From the IMG/VR virus record IMGVR_UViG_3300034062_005626: DNA of 64,000 bases; one strand, 5' to 3'. Of this stretch, positions 8,992 through 17,176 are shown piece by piece. The stretch is from a virus (lineage: Duplodnaviria > Caudoviricetes). Position 1 is the stretch's first letter, and each line of letters begins with the position of its first letter. The notes under the pieces were generated by a model. That model saw only the letters and a list, made by a program, of their open reading frames with translations. It was not told where the DNA came from and searched no databases. A program made the position numbers and the translations under genes.

Positions 8992-10069
8992 TCTTAGTGT
9001 ATGAAAGTCTTCTATTTGTTATTGTTTGAGTTTCTTCTGTATTATTACTAATAATTTCTTCAGGTGTTTCTTCTACTACTGGTTCAGTAATGTCTAATAA
9101 ATTATCAGGGACATTGACTTCCTCTTCAACTTGGTGGGGAAGTTCATGGGGAAGTTCGTGGGTAACTTGGGGGGTGACTTGAGGGGCGACTTGAGGGGTA
9201 ACTTGGGGGGTGACTTGAGGGGTAACTTGGGGGGTGACTTTCTGTTTTAGGGAATCATCTTCCTCATCTTTTCTATTATTTTTGAATGCTTGGTTTGTTG
9301 CAATAACTAATGTAATGGCTAAAGGGTCAAACACAAAAATTAAAATTAATATGAATATGTTTGCGGTTTTTTTAACACTCCACCCGGTAAGTTCACTGAT
9401 ATATTTTATGGTCCCAAGTTCATTACCTGAAATCTCTTTTGATTCTAATTCAAGTACTTTTATATCTAATGCGGTAATACTGTCATTAAGAGCGTCCACT
9501 TTACCTGACATTTTGTCACGATTTTCAATCGCCAATCCTAATTGTAATTCAAATGATTTACGATTCGCATTATTTGCTCTTGTTACAACCTGGCCTGTTT
9601 GTCTATCTACGCTTTGAGTTGTAGTGTTAGTCGATAAGGCGTTTCTTAATTTTGAGATGTCTTTATCTAATATTTGTTTTTCTTTTTGATACTCGTTTTT
9701 AATTTCCTCAAATCTTTGTTTTTTTACTTCAATGTTTTTTACTTCCTTCTGACCAATTTCAAGTTTTGCAATGTTAGTTGAAAACCCTGTACTTAAAAGT
9801 CCATATATCCCCAATGACGTAATAAGAGATAAAGTCACAAGAGCAACAGTCATATATAATTTTAATACTCCGTAAGTTTCTTTCCACTTGTCGTGGAGAT
9901 ATGTTGCGATGGCAATTTTTGATAATTCTAAAAACCCACCCATTATTATTACAGGTAAAGCGACTCCAACAAACACAACGGATAAACCAACAACACTATA
10001 ATACGCAGCAGTCCCTGATAATCCGAGAGCACAAAACAACAAAAACCAAGGTAGTAATTTTTCTTTCAT
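8957..10069 (-). CDS. Membrane protein: three N-terminal TM helices, coiled coil, fourth TM, VTPQ-repeat tail
   Basis: Hydrophobicity pattern and repeats in the translation. Confidence 0.75.
   Translation of the reverse strand: MKEKLLPWFLLFCALGLSGTAAYYSVVGLSVVFVGVALPVIIMGGFLELSKIAIATYLHDKWKETYGVLKLYMTVALVTLSLITSLGIYGLLSTGFSTNIAKLEIGQKEVKNIEVKKQRFEEIKNEYQKEKQILDKDISKLRNALSTNTTTQSVDRQTGQVVTRANNANRKSFELQLGLAIENRDKMSGKVDALNDSITALDIKVLELESKEISGNELGTIKYISELTGWSVKKTANIFILILIFVFDPLAITLVIATNQAFKNNRKDEEDDSLKQKVTPQVTPQVTPQVTPQVAPQVTPQVTHELPHELPHQVEEEVNVPDNLLDITEPVVEETPEEIISNNTEETQTITNRRLSYTKNDTGNFKINRI
9129..9240 (-). repeat. 12-bp coding tandem repeat (VTPQ x7, degenerating to HELP)
   Basis: gggggtgacttg / ggggtaacttg units. 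Confidence 0.9.
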
Positions 10070-10109
10070 ATTAATAACTATAACAGATAAATATTAAAGA
10101 TAAATAAAA

Positions 10110-10131
10110 CCCTCACCGGCGCCGATGAGGG
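10110..10131 (-). terminator. Intrinsic terminator
   Basis: CCCTCATCGG-CG-CCGGTGAGGG followed by TTTTATTT. Confidence 0.8.
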
Positions 10132-10235
10132 AGTGTAGTTTCATTCTACCGTATAGATAGAATTGAGGATTCTCACCCAGGGTCCTTCGTGTCCCATTCC
10201 GCCGAGTTGTAAGGGTAATCTCGGTTCAACCCTAT
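10110..10235 (-). ncRNA. Candidate structured RNA (element 1), family unidentified
   Basis: GC-rich island with hairpins CCGAG/CTCGG, TGAG/CTCA and ATTCTATC/GGTAGAAT, then a terminator. Confidence 0.5.
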
Positions 10236-10771
10236 AAGTAAATAACTAATATGTTATTGTTTTTTATTCCTTCTATTGTAACTCTTTTTGATTTTTTTTC
10301 TTCAACATCAGTCTTTAAAAACTGACCATCATTTGAAAATGCAGATGTTATTATATTGAAAAAATTACCATCTTTATTTAGTAAAATTTCAACATAATTA
10401 AAATGCTTGTCGTCTTCATTATCCTTTCTTTTTTTAACAAAAATAATTTGATTATTTTCAGGTTTTTCAGTTTCGAATGAATTATAAATTTTTTCTAAAC
10501 TATTTTCAAACAATTTTTTTATCATGGAGTCAGGAACTGCTATTCTTGGTGGTTGTACGTATTTTGAGCGTCTAGTTGCAAGGTGGTCGTTATACATATC
10601 AACTAAACTATCATAACTTTCTTTACCAAACCTTTCTTTTCTTTGGTGGTAAGTTGATTTTAATTGTATCAATTTATTATCTATGATTTTAGAAAATAAA
10701 ACCGTACCTCTATCTTTTTCTTTTTTAGATTCAACTATGATGATATTTTTTAATACGGATAATAAATTCAT
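10232..10771 (-). CDS. Hypothetical protein with IIVE propeptide-like N-terminus; possible BECR-type RNase fold (start moved to MNLLSV at 10771)
   Basis: The track start at 10807 lies inside a terminator hairpin; STYHQRKER and NIITSAF motifs; TATTTATA at 10776-10783. Confidence 0.75.
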   Translation of the reverse strand: MNLLSVLKNIIIVESKKEKDRGTVLFSKIIDNKLIQLKSTYHQRKERFGKESYDSLVDMYNDHLATRRSKYVQPPRIAVPDSMIKKLFENSLEKIYNSFETEKPENNQIIFVKKRKDNEDDKHFNYVEILLNKDGNFFNIITSAFSNDGQFLKTDVEEKKSKRVTIEGIKNNNILVIYL

Positions 10772-10775
10772 ATCA

Positions 10776-10783
10776 TATAAATA
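10776..10783 (-). promoter_or_regulatory. Putative late-promoter motif TATTTATA
   Basis: 4 nt upstream of the ATG at 10771. Confidence 0.5.
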
Positions 10784-10784
10784 C

Positions 10785-10814
10785 AAAAAGGGTGAGAAAA
10801 ATCCCACCCTTTTT
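10785..10814 (-). terminator. Intrinsic terminator (could be bidirectional)
   Basis: AAAAAGGGTG...CACCCTTTTT inverted repeat. Confidence 0.8.
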
Positions 10815-10932
10815 AATTTTCCCGTACCGATTAGAGGATTTTAAACCCGACACACTAACCGCGGTGTCACGACGACTTACGACCCCAGGAGTAAGCTTCC
10901 CGACAAACACTGATACATGTCTCATTGTTTGT
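10785..10932 (-). ncRNA. Candidate stand-alone small RNA (element 2), about 150 nt, family unidentified
   Basis: Own promoter and terminator; hairpins ACAAACA/TGTTTGT, GCTTAC/GTAAGT, GACAC/GTGTC, GGGTT/AATCC; GC-rich. Confidence 0.6.
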
Positions 10933-10936
10933 TATA

Positions 10937-10967
10937 CAAAGATAAGTGTTTTTTTTAAACTGCCAAA
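10937..10967 (-). promoter_or_regulatory. Bacteroidetes-type promoter TTTG-N19-TATCTTTG (also TTGGCA-N16-TATCTTTG)
   Basis: Exact consensus match directly after the sigma factor stop codon. Confidence 0.75.
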
Positions 10968-10974
10968 ACTTTTA

Positions 10975-11790
10975 TCATAAATATTCAAATAAATCTGAAC
11001 ATTCGTTTCGTAGTTTACGAAGAGCCTTTTCTTTGATTTGACGAACTCTTTCTTTTGTAAGACCAAAATCTGTACCAATATCTTCCAAAGTACGAGGTGT
11101 GCCGGTAATACCGTAGTAATCCTCAATAATTACTTTTTCACGCTCATCCAATACTGACATAATTTCCATCATTTTAAGTTTGAGAGTGTCCTTTGTTGAA
11201 AACATTTCATCAGGTGAAACGATATTTTCATTTTTTATTACATCAATTAATGTGTCTCCGTCTTCATTGATGTGCATATCCAAATCAACAATTTTTGGAA
11301 GTTGTGCAAACTTTGCGGATAATTCCCCGTTAGTTTTTTCCAAAACCTTTTTTTCTTTTTGCATATCTTGAACAACATTAACCGGGAGTCTGATTGTTCT
11401 TGAATTATCATTTAGTGATTGAAGGATTGATTGTTTAATCCACCAAACAGCATAAGAAATAAAACGGTTGTTCTTGGTCCAATCAAAATTCTTAATGGCC
11501 TTTAACAGTCCATAATTTCCTTCAGCAATTAAGTCTGATAGGTCAATACCTTGATTTTGATATTGTTTTGCAACGGTAATAACAAAACGTAAGTTGCCCT
11601 CTAAAAGTTCTTTATAGATTAACTCTTTTTCTCTTTCAGTACAGTTTTCATCTGTAATCATTTTTGAAAGGATTTTTTCCCTTTCAGGTGTCATTACTTT
11701 TAACTTTCGAATGTCTTTTAAATAAAGTTGAATTTCGTCTTGGTTAATCGGGTTTGAAGATTTAATTTCCTCGGTTTTCTCTCTTTCCAT
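10975..11790 (-). CDS. rpoD: RNA polymerase sigma70 factor, Bacteroidetes-type (no region 1.1)
   Basis: YLKDI (1.2), NLRFVITVAKQYQNQG, RFISYAVWWIKQSI (2.3/2.4), RTIRLP, TLEDIG..FGLTKERVRQIKEKAL (4.2). Confidence 0.92.
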   Translation of the reverse strand: MEREKTEEIKSSNPINQDEIQLYLKDIRKLKVMTPEREKILSKMITDENCTEREKELIYKELLEGNLRFVITVAKQYQNQGIDLSDLIAEGNYGLLKAIKNFDWTKNNRFISYAVWWIKQSILQSLNDNSRTIRLPVNVVQDMQKEKKVLEKTNGELSAKFAQLPKIVDLDMHINEDGDTLIDVIKNENIVSPDEMFSTKDTLKLKMMEIMSVLDEREKVIIEDYYGITGTPRTLEDIGTDFGLTKERVRQIKEKALRKLRNECSDLFEYL

Positions 11791-12352
11791 AATTGTCTAA
11801 TATTTGTTTTTCTTCCTCTGTTAATGACTCTATACCTTTTTCTGAAATCTTATCCAAAATTTGGTCTACAGTCGGTTTCTCTTTTTTTTCTTCTTTTAAA
11901 AATGGATTTTTAATCATGTCTTCCGTTAGTGGAAATATGAACTCCATTATATTGTTCATTCTTTTCTTTTTTTCTTCTGATAATTCATCTTTATGTACTC
12001 CTTTTGTTTTTGTTTCTTTTTTTACTCCATCTATATTTAAAAAATCTCTCTTCAATTTTCGTTCCATTTTGATGTCCACGTTTTCTGTCGCCTCCATCAA
12101 AAAATACTGCTCAACTACTCCGTCCAAACACATATCAACGTATTCTTTTAGTTCCATAAAAGGTTCTTTGGTTCTAAAGTGTAAAACTACACCAAACTCA
12201 CCATAATTAAACTTTAGGTATTCACTAGAAACCACCGTTATTAGCTGATACGAAATGTCCTCAATAAACTTTTCCATTTCTGTGAAATCACCGAAAATAA
12301 AAAGCATATATCTTTTGTCTTGTGATTTCATTTCTGTTTTCTTCTTTCTCAT
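11762..12352 (-). CDS. Hypothetical protein with C-terminal DUF6576-like motif
   Basis: VDQILDKISEKGIESLTEEEKQIL resembles the C-terminal motif of Bacteroidetes rhomboid-family proteins. Confidence 0.7.
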   Translation of the reverse strand: MRKKKTEMKSQDKRYMLFIFGDFTEMEKFIEDISYQLITVVSSEYLKFNYGEFGVVLHFRTKEPFMELKEYVDMCLDGVVEQYFLMEATENVDIKMERKLKRDFLNIDGVKKETKTKGVHKDELSEEKKKRMNNIMEFIFPLTEDMIKNPFLKEEKKEKPTVDQILDKISEKGIESLTEEEKQILDNYGKRENRGN

Positions 12353-12361
12353 AAATATCTT

Positions 12362-12886
12362 TTAAACTCGTTTTGAATATGATACAATTTGGTAAAAATC
12401 CTTTTTTCCTTCACAATATTCTAACACTAAAGTTAATAATGTTTTGAACATGTAGGCGTCTTTTGTTTGTTTTTCGCAGATGGTAAATAACTCAATAAAA
12501 CTCACAAGGGTGTCCATCTTATAATACCCATGATTGTCTAAAACATCAAACTCATATAAATGTTTTTTGTAAAAATTAAGTTCGTAACTATTTCTTTCTT
12601 CTGTGTTGTTGAATGGTTCCGTTGTTTCATACAAAGATAATACTTTTTTTACAAACTTACCAACAATCACTTTATTATATTCACATTTTACTAAAAGGTC
12701 AGTAATCCAGTGCGTATGACTTGGTGTTCTTAAACGTTTGTTAGTTTCTTTGTATTTTACAATAAAGTCAAGTTCAGGATTTTCACCTCTATTTCCCTGA
12801 TAAATTGCAACCATAGTTCCGTCTACCATTGTATACGTAGAGAGGGGTGAAAAGGTTACCCCTTTTTTAGAATAAGTTAGGGTCAT
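12362..12886 (-). CDS. Hypothetical protein adjacent to a methyltransferase
   Basis: 174 aa; RLRTPSHTHW motif; 4 nt downstream of the MTase stop. Confidence 0.75.
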   Translation of the reverse strand: MTLTYSKKGVTFSPLSTYTMVDGTMVAIYQGNRGENPELDFIVKYKETNKRLRTPSHTHWITDLLVKCEYNKVIVGKFVKKVLSLYETTEPFNNTEERNSYELNFYKKHLYEFDVLDNHGYYKMDTLVSFIELFTICEKQTKDAYMFKTLLTLVLEYCEGKKDFYQIVSYSKRV

Positions 12887-12890
12887 AATT

Positions 12891-13835
12891 TTATTTTTTT
12901 AAAATTGAGTCTTCAAATATTTTTTTTCCTTTACTATTAATATCTAACATTATGTAATTTCTATTAGTATTAATACACGCCCTACCTGTTGTTCCAGAAC
13001 CCGCAAACGGGTCAAGTACTAAATCTCCCTTGTTAGAAAACATATTTACTATTCTTTCTAATAGTTTTACAGGTTTTTGTGTTGCATAATCAAGTTTTTC
13101 GCTTCCTTGTATTTGGTTAATGTCAATCCACAAATCCCTTACCGGAATACCATCCATTTCGTGTAAGTATTTTTTTACTCTTGGGATTCCATTAGCATTG
13201 TATTCCAATCTTTTTTGGGAATCTAACTCTTTCATTTTTTCTATAGACCACCACCATTGTTTGAAATGTCCATTCCATTCGTATCTTAAATTAGGTCTCT
13301 GTACAACATTAGGTTGTGAGTTGTGAGCGGCGCTGGTGGTGTACTCACCAATATCATCTTTTTTTAGATTATTTTTTTTCTTGTAATCATCGTTATATGG
13401 TAAATACTGTGGATTATACGTATACTTTGTGGATTTTGAATACACGATAATGGTGTCGTGAAATCTCATCAGTTTTTTAGATGATTTTTTGTTGCCCCCA
13501 CTTTTCCAAACTACTTCATTTCTAAAATTTTTTTCACCAAACACTTCATCTAATACAATTCTAATATGGTGTGAAACTGAAGGTTCCACATGAACAATTA
13601 TAACACCAGAACTAACCAATAGATTATGCATGATTTCTAATCTTGGTTTTATAAAATCATTTCGGTATGATTCGTATGATTTATACTTATCGTCAAAGTC
13701 ATCAAAGTCTCTTCCAGTGTTATATGGGGGGTCAAAATAAATTAAATTAATTTTTTTTTTCTCTTCTCTTAGTTTAGTTAGTTCGATTAAATTATCCCCT
13801 ACAATATATTCGTTCATATTTTTACTTGTTAACAT
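12891..13835 (-). CDS. Beta-class N6A/N4C DNA methyltransferase
   Basis: YFDPPYNTG before the TRD; TQKPVKLLERIV and VLDPFAGSGTT near the C-terminus. Confidence 0.92.
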   Translation of the reverse strand: MLTSKNMNEYIVGDNLIELTKLREEKKKINLIYFDPPYNTGRDFDDFDDKYKSYESYRNDFIKPRLEIMHNLLVSSGVIIVHVEPSVSHHIRIVLDEVFGEKNFRNEVVWKSGGNKKSSKKLMRFHDTIIVYSKSTKYTYNPQYLPYNDDYKKKNNLKKDDIGEYTTSAAHNSQPNVVQRPNLRYEWNGHFKQWWWSIEKMKELDSQKRLEYNANGIPRVKKYLHEMDGIPVRDLWIDINQIQGSEKLDYATQKPVKLLERIVNMFSNKGDLVLDPFAGSGTTGRACINTNRNYIMLDINSKGKKIFEDSILKK

Positions 13836-13884
13836 ATTAATAAATACTTAAAAAAACCAATTAATAAACCACTAATCAATAATT

Positions 13885-14457
13885 TTAATCTCTGTTAACT
13901 TTTTTATTATATTCACTCTCAAGAACTTCTTTTGCTTTGTCCAAATAATTTAACCAAATTTTTTTAGGGACACTAGTTATTAAATAATTAGGATTTTTAG
14001 GGTCAATTAACTCACGTTCGGGAATTGCAATAAAAGACCATTTTTCAATATTACCATAATCTTCCGTATCCGGTCTAGAAAACAAATAAATGTCGGCCTC
14101 ACCAACAGAGTATGAAACGTGACCAGTAACAGATGAGTTTTTGTTTTTTTCAGATTTTCTACGTGTCTGTTCTAAGTGAAACTTATCGGACCTAATTTTA
14201 CCTTGGATAGTTATTAATCCATCCCAAGTAATTAAATCATAACCACTCCCATTCAAGTCATTATCGTCTCGTTTTTTAATTTTTAAAAAAGTATTTTCAT
14301 TTATCCAATCCATTTGGATGTATTCATTGGATTCTGCTAATATTTTTCCTAAATCTCTTAATTTTTTTAATTCAATTAGTTTAAAAAACGCAATAATAAG
14401 ATAGTATACCAACTTATTTTCTTTTTTTATCAGTTTTAGCGTGTTTTCTGAAATCAT
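13885..14457 (-). CDS. Putative PD-(D/E)xK restriction-endonuclease-like protein
   Basis: E...GYD-x8-IQGK arrangement; next to the MTase. Confidence 0.5.
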   Translation of the reverse strand: MISENTLKLIKKENKLVYYLIIAFFKLIELKKLRDLGKILAESNEYIQMDWINENTFLKIKKRDDNDLNGSGYDLITWDGLITIQGKIRSDKFHLEQTRRKSEKNKNSSVTGHVSYSVGEADIYLFSRPDTEDYGNIEKWSFIAIPERELIDPKNPNYLITSVPKKIWLNYLDKAKEVLESEYNKKVNRD

Positions 14458-14475
14458 TTTTTTTTATTTATACTA

Positions 14476-14505
14476 TAAAAATAATAAAAATATTTAGAAT
14501 TACAA
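14476..14505 (-). promoter_or_regulatory. Putative promoter TTGTAA-N16-TATTTTTA for the nuclease/MTase cassette
   Basis: Same spacing as the promoters at 10937, 21732 and 59704. Confidence 0.4.
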
Positions 14506-16872
14506 AACTTTTGACACATTATTTTCTTTTTTAATTTTAACAACACTGTCCGCCCATTGCGACACTAAATTCGTGTGTGTTATAACAAAGATTTTTTCAA
14601 AATAGTCTTTAATCTTAGTGAAGAACTCATAAACCATATCCAAGTTATCATTACTTATTTTTCCAAAGACCTCATCCCACACTATTATATTTGGTTTTGA
14701 AAGTGAACATACTTTTGACAGTACAGCTCTTAATGACATAGCTGCGATGGTTCTTTCATATCCTGAACCAGAAACCATCAGTTTTTCAATTCCAGTTGAG
14801 TTATCAATCATCACAAACTCCACCTCGTTTTTATCGTTAATTCTAATCTCCAATTTAAAGTATGAACTATCCTCCATCAATCTTTGAAGTTCTGAATTGA
14901 TTAGTGGCATCATAGTCTTCATAATCATTTTTGATATTCCATTCTTACCAAACAACTCCAAGTAGATTTTAAAGTTCTTTTCTTTTTCCTCTTCTTTTTT
15001 GATTTGTTCAATCAGTTTAAGGTTATTTTCAATTTTTTCTTGGTTGTTAGTATTACCCACCTCCAGTGTTGTAATTTCAGATTTCTTTGATGTTTTTTGT
15101 GTTTCAAGTTCATCAAGTCTCATATCCGCTTTAATCAACATTGTTTCAATTTGTTGATTGTCTTTAATCTTATCCTGTATCTCAAAATATCTTTTAAGTT
15201 TTGAATTAAAACTTTCAATTTTCAAATCACAACTTTCAACTGATAATTCGTATTTTTCCTTGATGAGTTTGTTTTTTTCATATTCATCAAACTCTTTTTT
15301 AAGTTGCACAAATGATTGTTCTTTGTTGGATAAATCCGTAATAAGTGTTGTTTTTGTGTTTTTTTGCACAATAAGTCCATCTAATTCTGCAATTTTTGAA
15401 TTGGTGATTGCTGCATTCATTAACTCAATCCCACAATGTTCACATTTAATTCCACCTTCGACTGAAGACTTCAATTTGTTAATTGAAGAAATTTCCGTGT
15501 CAATTTGAACAATCTCTTTATAAACACTATTATATTGTTCTTTAACTTCATCATGTTTATCTTCATGATAAAACTCACTTGGTTCGACAACTTTAAGTTC
15601 ATTTATTTTTGATATGAATGTGCTTTTTTCGTAGTTGATTGTGTTGATTTCTTCTTGTGTTTTTTCAGGATTCAACACAGAGATTTCTTGGTCAATATCA
15701 GAATGTTTTTTCTTTAACATTCCATCCCGATACTCTTTTCCTTTTTTAACTTTCTCCTCAATATCTTTCAACTCAATTTTAACTTCTTCAATTTTTTTCA
15801 AATTAGTAGAAATTGTATTTTTCAACTCTTCGTTGTTGTCTTTAAGTTGTTGTGAAGAATATACATTTGACATCTTTGATTTTGAAAAATCTCCATATAC
15901 TTCTTTTGCAATTTCTTCTTTTCTTTTCAAAAACTCCAACCCCATAAATCTTGATAACACCTGACCACGAGCAGTTGGTTTTGCTTCCAACAATTCTTCA
16001 AGATTTGATGCTGTTGTAAGAATGGTCATTAAAAAGTCTTCTTTTGTTCCAATAGAAGTTTTAATAAATGCTTCAGTTTCACGTCTTTGTTCGCCAGTAA
16101 AGTTTTGTAAACTACCATCAGATAATTTTTTAAAGAAGTCCAATTCTGTTTTTACATTCCATTCATTTTTCTTGGACAACTTTCTTTCAATGTTTCTTAC
16201 GATAATGTAATCTTCACCATCGATTGATACTTCACCTTTTACATAAACTTTATCTTTATTTGTAAATCGGTTGAATATTTCTTCAGCCTTTGTTGTTTTG
16301 GTTGTTTCATTAAAAAACAAGAACATCAAAAGGTCTACCGATAAAACCGTCTTACCACCAAAGTTTGGTGGGTCCGATTCAATAACAACAATACCGTTAA
16401 GTTTTTCAAAATCTAATTTTTGATTTTCGCCATAAGATAGAAAGTTTGAGAACTCAATGTTTTTAATATACCACTTTTTAAATTGTGTGGTTTCTTCGTG
16501 TTTTTCTAAAATCTTGTTTTCAACTATTTTATTAATTGAAAGGATTTCATCGGTATGACCTGTAAGACCTTTACCTTCCAAATATTGTCTCATTAAACCC
16601 AACTGGTAGTTCGCATCAGTTATATTAACTGACACATCTATCGTTTGAACCTCGTCAGTATTTGTGATTTTAGCCTTTGTTAAAACATTGACGTTGGTAG
16701 TGTTATACTTTTTGGAAAAGTAATGTTTAACACTTTTAATTTTGTCTTGTGTAAAATTTTCAGGCAAATCTTCCCAAACAACTTGTATGGTCGGGTTTAT
16801 AAACTTTGAAAAATCAAGGTCTTTAATCATAATATTGTAATTAAATTTTTTTGGTGGATTAAATAAATCCAT
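14500..16872 (-). CDS. sbcC: SbcC/Rad50/gp46-like SMC ATPase
   Basis: IKNIEFSNFLSYG, Walker A variant PPNFGGKT, long coiled coil, CEHCG zinc hook, SGSGYE signature, WDEVFG Walker B, VITH. Confidence 0.9.
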   Translation of the reverse strand: MDLFNPPKKFNYNIMIKDLDFSKFINPTIQVVWEDLPENFTQDKIKSVKHYFSKKYNTTNVNVLTKAKITNTDEVQTIDVSVNITDANYQLGLMRQYLEGKGLTGHTDEILSINKIVENKILEKHEETTQFKKWYIKNIEFSNFLSYGENQKLDFEKLNGIVVIESDPPNFGGKTVLSVDLLMFLFFNETTKTTKAEEIFNRFTNKDKVYVKGEVSIDGEDYIIVRNIERKLSKKNEWNVKTELDFFKKLSDGSLQNFTGEQRRETEAFIKTSIGTKEDFLMTILTTASNLEELLEAKPTARGQVLSRFMGLEFLKRKEEIAKEVYGDFSKSKMSNVYSSQQLKDNNEELKNTISTNLKKIEEVKIELKDIEEKVKKGKEYRDGMLKKKHSDIDQEISVLNPEKTQEEINTINYEKSTFISKINELKVVEPSEFYHEDKHDEVKEQYNSVYKEIVQIDTEISSINKLKSSVEGGIKCEHCGIELMNAAITNSKIAELDGLIVQKNTKTTLITDLSNKEQSFVQLKKEFDEYEKNKLIKEKYELSVESCDLKIESFNSKLKRYFEIQDKIKDNQQIETMLIKADMRLDELETQKTSKKSEITTLEVGNTNNQEKIENNLKLIEQIKKEEEKEKNFKIYLELFGKNGISKMIMKTMMPLINSELQRLMEDSSYFKLEIRINDKNEVEFVMIDNSTGIEKLMVSGSGYERTIAAMSLRAVLSKVCSLSKPNIIVWDEVFGKISNDNLDMVYEFFTKIKDYFEKIFVITHTNLVSQWADSVVKIKKENNVSKVL

Positions 16873-16877
16873 ATTGA

Positions 16878-17165
16878 TTAATCGTTTTCACCAACGTTGT
16901 GGAAACCTGATATTTGCACTTTTGTTCCGTCTTCTAATATTGTGTCATAATTGGGTGTTTCCGTAGTATCATTATCTGTTCCTTCAGAAACAACATCTTC
17001 AATATTTTCGGTGTCTCCTGACATTTGTGCGAACTTTTCTTTCAATTCTTCCATTTGTTTTTGAAACGCCTCATTCCATTTCTTTCTAAGAGTATATTCT
17101 TCTTGTTTAACTTTTTTGTTTCTCTTTTGAACTTTTGCTCTATGTGCTTTTGCCGCTTTACCCAT
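16878..17165 (-). CDS. Hypothetical protein (basic N-terminus, acidic C-terminus)
   Basis: 95 aa ORF. Confidence 0.7.
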   Translation of the reverse strand: MGKAAKAHRAKVQKRNKKVKQEEYTLRKKWNEAFQKQMEELKEKFAQMSGDTENIEDVVSEGTDNDTTETPNYDTILEDGTKVQISGFHNVGEND

Positions 17166-17176
17166 TTTTATTTAAT

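Noticed and set aside
10191-10203. GGCGGAATGGGAC resembles the 3' end of the HDV ribozyme
   Set aside because: No upstream GTCCC partner for P2 and no P1/P3 nested pseudoknot could be built
10180-10235. Resemblance to a Bacteroidetes TPP riboswitch (AGGGT..CCGAGATTACCCTT..AAC...CGAAGGA)
   Set aside because: The UGAGA core is CGAGA, the P4 CCU/AGG pairing and P5 stem are missing, and a competing CCGAG/CTCGG hairpin fits better; no thiamine gene downstream
10836-10850. GGGTTTAAAATCC looks like a tRNA-Leu(UAA) anticodon arm
   Set aside because: No acceptor stem, D arm or TTCRA T arm at the right spacing; no tRNA called
10773-10925. 50-codon minus-strand ORF (MRHVSVFVGK...) across the candidate sRNA
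   Set aside because: It runs through the terminator hairpin and its GC-rich codons are unlike other genes here; not fully excluded
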